A DNA stretch of 64,000 nt, taken from the NCBI GenBank assembly GCA_964016885.1, contig OZ024742.1, positions 150,846,001-150,910,000 on the forward strand, written 5' to 3'. A model generated the notes under the pieces. It saw nothing but the letters and a program-made list of their open reading frames with translations. It made no database searches and had not been told where the DNA came from. Shown in pieces: positions 12,001 to 24,000 of the stretch (position 1 is its first letter; each line of letters begins with the position of its first letter). Made by a program: the position numbers and the translations under genes. The DNA is from Eledone cirrhosa. Taxonomy: Eukaryota.

Positions 12001-15000
12001 TTCTGGGAAATGGTCGTGCTCGGTATGTAGGAAAGGCGTAGGTAGAAACTCCATCTTATGTCCTAAATGCAAAGTATGGGTGCATAAAAGATGTAGTAGG
12101 ATCACAGGTAAGCTAACTAAGAACATAGACTTTACATGTGGCCGGTGTTCTGGTGCAATAAGTAGCAGCAAGTGCCCACAAAATACTAGCTCTTTCAATT
12201 GCGCAGAGGGTTCTATAGAAATAGTGGACAGCTTCCGTTACCTGGGCGATAAAATCAGCAGTGGGGGAGGGTGCTCTGAAAGTACTGTAGCTAGAGTCAG
12301 AACTGGTTGGAAAAAGTTCAGAGAGCTTATACCACTATTAGCTGCTAAAGGGTTCTCCCTAAAAATGAAAGGCAGGTTGTACGATGCCTGCATACGAACA
12401 GCAATGTTGCATGGTAGTGCGACCTGGGCATTGTGTGCAGAGGATATACGCAGACTAGAGAGGAACGAAGCTTGCATGCTCCGCTGGATGTGTAACAGTA
12501 ATATACGTGAACGGCAAAGCATAAACGAACTAAGGAAAAAATTAGAGATAAGAGGGATCAGATGTTGTTTACTCGAGAGAAGTCTGCGTTGGTATGGACA
12601 CGTGATGCGCATGAAAGTCGATAGCTGTATTACAAAGTGCAGGGCAATAAAGATAGACGGTAGCCACGGAATAGGCAGACCTAGAAAAACATGGGATGAG
12701 CTGATAAACTCCGACCTCACACACTTACACCTCTCCAAGACAATGTCACTGGACCGTGACCTCTGGCGGTACTCAGTAACAGAGAAGACCCGCCTTGCCA
12801 GTAGGCATCTCTAACAAAATACACCCCGTCCCGCCACCACCCCCACCCCATCCACACCACCCCGTTCTATGTAAAGTTATGTTGGTGCCGCGCCATCCAG
12901 GCCGAAACAAATGAGATCGTGTAGGTGTCACGACAAAAAAACACACAGTCCACGCTGTAATGTGGTCGTGTAGGCAACACGGTAAAAACCTCCCAGACCC
13001 ACACTGTAAATGTGGTTGGTGTTAGGAAGGGCATCCAACTGTAGAAAACCTGCCAGACAGTCCTATGCGAGCAAGACAATCACTCTTGCCTCAAGTGGGA
13101 CTACCCCCGTCCAAACCCATGCAAGCGTGGAACACGGACGTTAAACGTTGATGATGATGATGATGATGATGATATAGTCTCTGAGTTCTTTTGTCATACA
13201 CCAGTGACATCATCAGTGATACTATTGTTTCCTCCCATTGTATTGCTGTAATGTTTACTTATTCTATTTTATTTATTTATTTATTTATTTATTTACTTAA
13301 GACAATAGAGGTAGTTCGAGTTAGTAATCGAATAATTAAGCTTAGATTAGTTGTAGGTAGGAGACTACTGACAATCATCTCAGCCTATGCTCCCCAAGCA
13401 GGCCTAGGCAAAGATGAGAAAGACTGCTTTTATGAGCAACTTTTGCAAACAACCGCAATGACAGAGGACGGAGACATCGTTATGCTAGCAGGAGACTTCA
13501 ATGGTCATGTTGGACAGCTCCAGGATGGTTACACTGGGGTACATGGTGGGCACGGTGACGGTTCAAGAAATGAAGGAGTGAGATTCTTGAATTTTGTGAT
13601 GCAGGTACATTGACTATTTGCAACACAAACTTCCAGAAACCTGCCAATCACCTAATAACCTACAAATCTGGTGAGCACATAAGCCAGATTGACTTCTTAC
13701 TAGTTAGGCAGCGGGATAGGCAGATAGTGTCTAATACCAAGGCATACCCTGGGGAAGAATGTACCCCACAGCATAGGTTAGTTGTTAGTGATATCTCAGT
13801 AAGCAAGAGATGGAATGAGACATATAGGAAGGTGTGGAGAAGAAAGGTCTGGAAGCTAAAAGACCTTTCACTAAAATACAAATTTAGGAAAGCCCTTCAA
13901 GATGTATATGACGAAAAAGAAGACGATTTAGAGACGTATGACATAGATAATAACTGGAATTTCTTACGTGACAACTTGCTGCAAGCTACTGATGAAACTT
14001 GTGGCTGGAGCAGAGCTCCAACCAGACAGAGAGTGACCTGGTGGTGGAACAGCACAGTAGATAAGGCTATTAGAGACAAAAGACTAGCATGGAAAGCTTG
14101 GAAAAAGGGTGGGAGTAGGGAAGAATATACAGCCACTAAGAGAGAAGCTAGACGTCAGGTGTACTTAGCACGCAGGGAGGCAGAGAGTAGGAGGTTTGCC
14201 AATGTTCTGCGACGGGAAGATCAGAGGCGTGCGGTGTTCCACATTGCAAGGCAGTGTGTCAATGCAAATCAGGATGTTGTTGGAGATAAATGTGTCCGGG
14301 ATGATGCCGGTGTACGTAGTGTCACGAATGATCAGAAAAAGGAGGCCTGGAAATGTCATTGTGGAGAACGAATGGGAGAGAGAGAGAAATTACCCTTGGT
14401 AGATCCGACAGAGGGACCAGCTATTGAGATTGACGAATATAGGGTCCAAGAGGCGATTAGGGAAATGAAAAATGGTAAGGCTGCCGGACCATCAGGAATA
14501 GTTGCTGAGATGCTGAAGGCATCAGGGGACGTAGGCACTAAACTGGTTGCACGCATCATCAATCAGGCTATATTTGGTGGTGTCATACCCAAAGACTGGT
14601 GCAGCAGTATTCTCATAAATTGCTACAAAGGTAAAGGGGATGCTTTGGAGAGGAGCAATTATAGGGGTATAAAACTGATAGATCAGGTTATGAAAGTGGC
14701 AGAAAGGATTTTAGCACAACTAATTAGAGAAAGGGTCAAACTAGATGAGATGCAGTTTGGTTTTGTGCCTGGGAAGAGTACAACAGATGCCCTCTTCTTG
14801 GTGAGAGAATTGCAAGAGAGGTTCTTAGAGAAGAATAAGCCACTATACTTAGCCTTTGTTGACCTAGAAAAGGCCTTTGATAGGGTACCCCGATCTGTCA
14901 TCTGGTGGTCCCTAAGGAAGCTAGGTGTTGAGGAATGGCTTCTGAGGACAGTGCAAACTTTGTACAGAGGTACTCTCAGTAAAGTCAGGGTAGGAATGGA

Positions 15001-18000
15001 GTTTAGTGAGGAATTCCAGATAGAAGTAGGAGTACATCAGGGTTCGGTCCTCAGCCCGCTCTTGTTCATTATAGTCCTCCAAGCCATAACAGAGGAGTTT
15101 AAGACTGGCTGTCCATGGGAACTTCTCTATGCTGACGATCTGGTTCTTATAGCAGAATCAGTAGAGGAGCTGGAGAATAAATTCTGGCTATGGAAACAGC
15201 AGTTGGAAGCAAGAGGACTGAGAGTGAATCTAGCTAAGACAAAAGTGTTGATGAGTAGAAAAGAGGACAAAACCCTGATTCCGTCAGGGAAATGGCCATG
15301 TTCGATATGCAGAAAAGGAACTGGCATAAATTCTATAAAATGCACACAATGCAGATCCTGGGTACACAAGAGATGTAGTGGGATAGCAGGCAAACTAACA
15401 GGTAGGGAGAAATATGTATGCAGTAGATGTACAGGGAAATTAGACAGTAGAAGTTGCATTGATAGACACATTTTTCAGATGCAGGAGGGCGCTATAGAAG
15501 TGGTGGATAGCTTCCAGTACCTAGGAGATCAGATTAGCATGGGAGGCGGGTGTTCCGAGGCCATAGTATCTAGAATAAGGACGGGTTGGAAGAAGTTTAG
15601 GGAGCTGCTTCCTCTGTTGACGAAGAAGGGTTTCTCCCTGCGTACGAAAAGCCGGTTGTATGATGCCTGTGTGAGGAGCGCGATGCTGCATGGTAGTGAG
15701 ACATGGGCAGCAACTGCAGAGGATATGCGACGGCTGGAGAGAAATGAGGCAAGCATGCTCCGTTGGATGTGCAGTGTAAATGTGCGTGAACGACCCAGCA
15801 TAAATGTGTTGAGAGAGAAACTGTGTCTGAGAGGGATAGAATGTAGTGTACGGGAGAGGAGACTGAGGTGGTATGGACATGTGATGCGCATGGAGGATGA
15901 CCGATGGGTGAAGAAGTGCCAGGAATTGCCAGTTGAAGGAAGACATGGTAGAGGTAGACCACGAAAAACATGGGTGGAGGTGGCGAGAACAGACCTCAGA
16001 TCATTGAAGCTCACGGAGGAGATGACGAGGGACCGTGACGAGTGGAGAGATGCTGTGCTGAATAAGACCCGTCCCACCCTTGCAAGCAGGGAAAAGCGGA
16101 CGTAAAATGATGATGATGATGATGATGTTGTCTCTGTTTGCGCATTCTATGTGATAATGTTACTGTTAATGATTTTCATATCCCACCCCCAACTATACTT
16201 ATTGTTATGATTAAATAATAAAGAAATCATTATTATTGTTATTATTAGTATTATCATTGTGAAGGGGGGATTGGCAGTATCGGTAGAGAGTCGGACGCCA
16301 TGCTTTGACGCATAGTTACGGCCCTTGCCAATCTGAGTTCAAATCCCGCCGAGGTTAACTTTGCCTTTCATCCTTACGGGGTCGATAAAATAAAGTACCA
16401 GTAATGCACTGGGTAATTGCTGTCCTTGTGCCAAAAGTAGAAACAATTATTAGTATTATCATTATCACTATTGCAATTTTATTATCAATTTTCCTACTTT
16501 TCTTTATTTTCATCTTTTCATTTTACCCACATGTTATGCATGTTCTCTATAAACTCCCAAGTTAGCTGATTCATTTGAAGCATAAATTTGTATACCTATA
16601 TGCCATATATATGTATATATGTGTGTATATATATCTTTTTATATCATCATCATAATTTTTCAGCAATTTTTCCATGCTGGCATGGGTTAGGCAGGATAGG
16701 TTTGGGTATCATCTTCCATTTGAATACATTCCATTTTGGGTATGCTTCCTTATACCAGCCACTTAGAGAGTGTACTGGGTGCACCAGAAAAGTTGTCTTG
16801 TCCTTGATGGAACTGAAGTATCTTCTCTACCTCTTTTGATTAGGTTTCTATGGTAGTATGATGCCCTTACTAATATCAACCACCTTGCAGAGACTACTGG
16901 GTGCATTTTATTGTGGCACTAGAGATGTCATGCAATCTATATAACTGAGAAGTATTTTCTCATGCAGGTATACAATGTACTTATTCTAAACTGGATGTAC
17001 ACCTGTATGGCAGCAATAGCATATTATATCCATTGGGTATCTAAGTCATGATCTTATACTCAACTGCTGTCCACAGTGGAGATGTCAATATGGATTTAGT
17101 GGTTTTAATCTTGATTCTTTGAATTCATGAAAGTTAGTGTGCAACACAACACACAATTTGGCTGAGTTTGCAGCTATTTAGGTGTGTGAATTTATTTTGT
17201 ATTCCAGACTTATCTGAGAGAGAGAGATATTCATTTTAAGGTGTTGTCAATTTTTGTATAGTGTTACTAATATTTATCTATATAAATTGGAGCCAGCTGT
17301 AGCCATGAACTATGTTTTTAGCCTATTTAACACTTTTGACACCAACCCAATCTAACCAAAACCACCTATTTAATGGTTCGTATTTGAACCATTAAACTTT
17401 TCCAACATAATTTCATATAAGAACCATATGTTACGTTACTATGTTTATAATGAAATATTGATTTTTAGTAAACTGCTCTAAATTCTTCACTAATCAATTG
17501 AAAAAGAGTTGCTAATTTTAGTGAGGTAAAACATTCACAAAAAGGTATTTCTAAAACATGTCTGGAGGGTAAGGTTCAGTCATGTTAGTGTGCAATCTGC
17601 TGCAGATAGAGACAGTGAATGATGATCATTAGAAATATGGTCACAAAAGTGTTAAATGGTTTTTCAGTCTTTCTATTTCATTTTTTTTTAATCTCATTAT
17701 GGTTTGTGCAACTTTTTAATACCAGATTAGTACTGGGGTAAATTCTTCCTCTGTATCTCTCTCTCACTTCCCCTCTCTCACTTCCTCTCCCTCACTTTCT
17801 ATCCTTCTCCTGGAGAAAGCTGCTGTGTTCAGATTTGGAGAGAGATGGGCTCTACCAGGTTTGAAATGCCCAAGAAATGTTGTATGTTTCAAAGGTGCCC
17901 CAACAACTCCATCAGGAGTTACGGGACCATACCTACTATACTATAGAAGCTATTTTAGTTGATTTGTAAAAATTTGAGATTTGAGGCAGCAAATGAAACA

Positions 18001-21000
18001 GTGGTATTGGGTCCCTATTTTTATAGCGAATTTATTGCAGAAGAACTAACAAAGAATGGATGGATACAGTGGAGAGTATTTCCAAGGAAAATCTTTTTAT
18101 ATTTTGTTTGCCACAGTTAAAATCAAGTAAAAACAGCATGGAAAATGGACCTAAAAGGATGAGGATGATACCCTGTAATGTGAGTGTCAGTACCTCGAAA
18201 TGCACCCATTACACTCTGTAAAGTGGTTGGCATTTGTATGGAAACAATATGTGTCAGTGCCACAATAAAATGCATACTGTAAACACTGTAAAGTGGTTGA
18301 TGATGAAACAAGTAATATAGGGTAGAGAGGATTCTCCAGTCTGACCGAGCATATAACAACTCCTCTAGTGTTGGTGCCATAAAATGTGCCCAGTACACTC
18401 TGTAAAGAGGTTGTTGTTAGGAAGGACATCCAGCCATGGAAACCATGCCAAATATGGAACATATGAACAAAATGAGGTCTCAACTACCCATCTAATATCA
18501 GACTATGACAACCCACCCAACCATTGCCAGCATGGAATACAGGCATAAATGTTGAAGGTGGTAGTGATGGTACCACAAGAAAACAAACTCAGTACACACT
18601 GAAGTAGTTGGCATTAAGGACATCCTGCCATTAGAAACCATGTTAAATGAGCAAGAAACAGCTGTCTGACCTGTCTGTCATTGTGACAACCTTTCTAACC
18701 CATGCAAATCTGGAAAATGGACATAAATACGGTGGTAGTGTTGATGATGATGATTAAAAACTGATTTCTCTCAATTTCTGGTCATTGGGTGCCTATATTG
18801 GAGAGAGGAGACCATTCTGTTGTAAGCATTTTGGTTAGGTCTTCACTTTTTTTTTCCATCCCATACTCATATCTGAGGTTTGGCGGTCATGGACTTATGT
18901 ACCAGCACTCTCCATCTTTTCCTGTCTCTTGCCATTGCTGTACATCTCATAATTAAAGAACTTTAACCCTTTAGCATTTACATTACCCTATATTCACTAT
19001 TATATTTTTGTGGTAAAGGCTTTATCTTCCATAATATCGAATCTGAGCATTTGATGTCATTTATTTTGAGAAGAATACTTTAACATCAGTATGAACAGCC
19101 TGTTCCGGCCAGTTAAAACAGAAAGAGATGAGATAATTCTGGCCGGATATGGCCGGTTTAAATGCTCAAACATTTTACCTACTTTTTTCAATAAAAAATG
19201 ATCTCATACATTATCATTGTTGTTATAGTTTGTCACAGAATCAGTTACTAAATCTTCAGATGAGCTTTGCTGCTGAGAATGATACCAAGTTTGCTTCATA
19301 CAAAAATCGCATGAATGGTACATGTCTTTGTTGTCTGAATAATGAGCCTGAAGTCCCAAAATGTGAGGTATGAGGTCTTCCTTTAATCTTTTCTTTTTAC
19401 CATATATCTATGCAAAATACACCACTTATGTGTTTATTTCATTATGAAAACAACAAAGAATTTGATTGGATTTAATAAAGTAATTAAAACTGGTGACATA
19501 TTATTTGCCCAGTCTAGTCTGCAAAGTGGAAGGGCATCCAGCTGTAGAAATGAGACCAAAGGGTAGAGTAAGCTCTTTAGTAACTTCAAGGACATGACAA
19601 TCTCTCTGGTTCCTTAGAAAATAATCATATTGTTATAAGTTCAAATTTTACTACAGTATTAGGTGAAGAAAAAAAAATAACTCCACTATATTAATGTTTT
19701 ATATATTGCTTTTACTATTTGATGTATTTTACTTCAGTTATTGCCATAGTGGAATACACTATATTCTTGTACAATATTTGAAGTTGAGGACATGAGGGTG
19801 CTTCTGTGCAGTCATTTGTTCTGCTAGAAATAGTAGCCAAAATCTCCCTCAAATCACACACTGTCCTTTTAAAAAGAACACATTGGATAGAGTTTTGATG
19901 TAGATACAATATCTGCTCTATCAGGGCTGACATAGAACAAATTTGCTGTGAAACACTGAAAGAATGAATTGTAACACAATTTGTATTTATTTTTTACAAT
20001 CTGATATGAATTGTTAAAGATATTTCGGCTTTAGAGCTTGCCAATCCCGAAATATTGTGAAAATGATGTAAATTTAAAGATTGTCTAAAATTCTCAAATA
20101 TTTCTTGTTGTTGGACTTCTAACATTACTGTTGATTTCTCCAGTTGATTCCAATCAATGGAATTGTCTGCTTATGAAATTAACATTGTGAGTGGCTGAAC
20201 ATTCCAGACACGTGCACCATTAACATAATTCTCAGGTAAATGTGTGACAAAGCTGGCTCCATGAATTACAGGTAGAACTCATTTCAGCCAGCTGAATGGA
20301 CTGGAGCAACATAAAATAAAGCATCTTGCTGAAGAGCACGACATGCTGCCCTGTCTGGGAATCAAACATGTCACCTTTTGAACGTGAGCTGAACATTCTA
20401 ACTATTGAGCCACAAGCCTTCACTCAATTATATAGAATATCATATTCACTATAAAAAGAAATATTTTTCGTTTTTTTTCTTCCAGATTATCCATGTTGCA
20501 ATTGTATGTGCTGGACACAATGCTACGAGAGATGTTGTCACATTGATCAAAAGTATTCTCTTCTACCGCAAGAATCCTCTTCACTTTCATTTCATATCTG
20601 ATAGTGTCGCTCACCTTATCTTACAGAAGTTATTCAAAACATGGAATGTTGCTGAAGGTCTAAATCCATTCTCTTCTCTCTCTCTCTGTAAACTCATACT
20701 AAACATCATAAACATTTTAAAAACATGAATATTATGCCTCAATGGCCTTATAACACCACCAAACATTTTAAGGCCATCTTCCCTACTGTAGCAGGGGATA
20801 GGTTTGCAGGCCTCTTGACAAGCTTCTCCATTTTCCCATATCATCTACATCCCTCCTCACCAACCCCTGTTATGGGGAGGGTCTTGCCAGTTGACTGTGC
20901 CAGACGTTACTCATATGCGACTGCATTATGACTGGTGATGTACATATCTTTTCATGTTTGCTACTGGTGCACATGCAAACACTCTCTCAGATTCAATTTC

Positions 21001-24000
21001 ACATGCATGCACATTATTCTGTATGTGCACAAAAATACCTCAATTGCATTCTGACACAAAAGGCATATATTTTTGCTTTTCTCTCACATAAGAACCCAAT
21101 GTGTATGTTTCAAAATAATCAGATGCCTTATTTTTCTTTTTCATTTTTCTGTGGTTGTAAGGATGAGGTGGTTTACTGATTATAATGAAGTTTGATGCCC
21201 ATCTTACTGATAACCATTTTTTAATGAAGTAAAAGTAGTCAATTTTTTATGCTAGGTCAGGCAAAGTTAGGCACCTTGTTCAGGAATCTAAGACAGTGAC
21301 TGTAGTATGATCTACACTTATGACTTTAGTCATACACCTTAACACTGCAGTCATTGTATCTTAAATTTTATATATATATATATCATCATCATCATCGTTT
21401 AACGTCCATATTCCAGCTTGCATAGTTAAGTCTTCTCCCTTGTTGAAGATCCAGGATTTGGCTATTGTGATTTACCGAATCATCACTGTTTAGCTTCTGT
21501 TTTCCATGCTAGCATGGGTTTGACGAGTTGTCCCATTGTGAGACAAGTCAAATCAAATGACTGTATCTTGCTCATACAAAACAGTTTCTGGCTTGGTTTC
21601 TACAGCTGGATACTCTTCCTAACGCCAACCACATTTACAGTGTAAACTGTGCGCTTTTTATTGTGGCACCAAAACGACCACTATACAATGTGGGCTGGAT
21701 GCTCTTTTTGTGTCTATATATGATGTGTGTGGATGGTCTGTGGTGTGAAGACTGTGCAGACCACAAATCAGATTAGTACTCGATGCATGAGGAGATACAG
21801 ACTGGGTATATTAATGAGAGCATACCCTACATATGGGTGACAAGAACTGCAACACACACACAATTGACACTTCATACTTCACACATGCAGGCACATATAT
21901 TTATTATTTGTTTTCTATTTCAGTTCAAGTTAGCTTCTATTCTGCCAATGAAATCAAGGTAAAGTCATTTTAAAATAGTTTATAACATTATCATATGATA
22001 TTGTGTTCTTAATATGTACAGGGTTATTCAAAAAGAATGAACCGATTTCATTACACAATATTTTAATAAGGAAAAGCAATAGAAAACTCCAGCTAAGTCA
22101 CAATTATTCTACTCACAATCAACTTTTATTTCCTGTCTTACAAGTGTTCAATGTGGCCACCACCTGCAGCACGGGCAACATCAATGTGATAAGAGAATTC
22201 CTCCCAGACGCGTATCAGCATATCACGATCCACTGAGTTGATTGTTGTTGTTATTCAATGTTTAAGGTCATCGAGGTTAGTGGGTAGCAGTGAATCATAA
22301 ACGTGATCTTTTACATATCCCCACAAGAAAAAATCGCATATGGTGAGGTCTGGGGATCTCGCTGGCTAAGCACAAAGACCAATCCATCGCTGGGGCACTT
22401 TTTCATTTAAAAAAGTTCGAACCATCAGGTACCAATGGGGCGGTGCTCCATCTTGTTGAAAAATGAAGTCATGCGAATCTGCTTGCAGTGAAGTGAAGAG
22501 CCAGTTTTGGAGCATATCGAGATAGGTTTGTCCTGTAACGGTGTTTCCTTCAAAGAAAAAGGGACCATAAACCTTGTCCTGAGACACAGCACAGAAGATG
22601 TTCACCTTAGGGGAATCTCTTTCATGCTCAACTGTTTCTTGTGGGTGCTCTGTTCCCCAAATATGCACATTGTGACGATTGACTGTGCGGCTCAAGTGAA
22701 AAGTCGTTTCAACGTGAAATGAAGGTTTCGTCTTCCGTCATCTCCAGCATCGATTTGCAAAATTCCATCCGCTTCCTCTTGTCATCATTGGTAAGTGCCT
22801 GAATGAGGCATAGTCTGTATGGTTTCAAATGTAGACATCTTCTTATCACACGCCAGATAGTGGATTGAGGGATCGCAAGCTCACAGCTAGCTCGATTTAT
22901 GGACTTCCACGGGCTCCCCTCAAACGCAGCACGGATTCTCGCCACTTGTTCCTCCGAAACTCGTGGTCGTCCTGGACTTTTTCCTTTACACAGACACCCA
23001 CTCTCTTGAAACTGTTGAAACCACCGTTAAATGTTCTTAGGTGAGGGCAGATTAATGTCAAATCATTTTCAAAAGGCACGCTGCTCCTTGACAACTGAAT
23101 TTGTTTTCGCGAATTCGAGAATGCAGAACACCTTTTGCTGAGGACTCGCCATTCTGAGGGTAAACAAACAACTGAACGTTGCCAAAGGAACGATGCGACC
23201 ATTCAAAATGGAGAAACAATGCAGCCATTCAAAACTTAGAAAACTCCTCTTTCAAATGGTCACTGACTCATTTCATGACTGCTTGAGAACTGAAGCAATG
23301 CGTCATGAAATCGGTTCATTCTTTTTGAATAACCCTGTATTGTCATCATCGTCTTTACATCAGTTTTTCCATGATGGCATGGGTTGGACAGGACGTTTTG
23401 AGGCTATTTTTGCAGCCTGTTGCTCTTCCTGACACTAACACTCTTCATGTTGCTTCTTACAATGCACAGAGATACAGTGTACCTATTCTAAACTGAATAC
23501 ACATGGTTCGATATTTATTATAATGTAGTGTTTTAATATCTTGTAACATAAAGGTTTAAAGATGCATGTGAGGTATATGGTTCCTCAGCATTCAATTCTT
23601 ACCTAAGTGTTTAAGTGTTAAAAGTAATTTGGAGATCATTACTAAATAACATTGCAATCTGTTAAACTATCTCAAGACAGCTATTGTTTTTATTATAGAC
23701 TGATATCTATTCATCCATAGTCTAGAGCTGGACTAGATGGTGTATAAAATTAGCTATCTAACATCTGTGTTTGTTTTTCTTCTTTCAAATAGAAAAAAAT
23801 AAACACCTATAATATTCTGGAATCAATTCAATCCACTATTTTCTAGAGCATATAACTACTATATTTTATAAAATAACCATATTCTAATGTCCACTTATTT
23901 ATAAAATTGGCCTCTGTATTAATCAAAAGATATTTTATTTCAGTCTGAAATAGCTTGGATTCCAAACAAACATTACTCCGGGGTATACGGTCTGATGAAA

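Noticed and set aside
10539-16077. Antisense ORFs over the RTE copies
   Set aside because: Shadow frames of the LINE ORF with no independent motifs.
16263-16350. tRNA gene
   Set aside because: A and B boxes are present but there is no cloverleaf, and it continues into a multi-copy SINE body.
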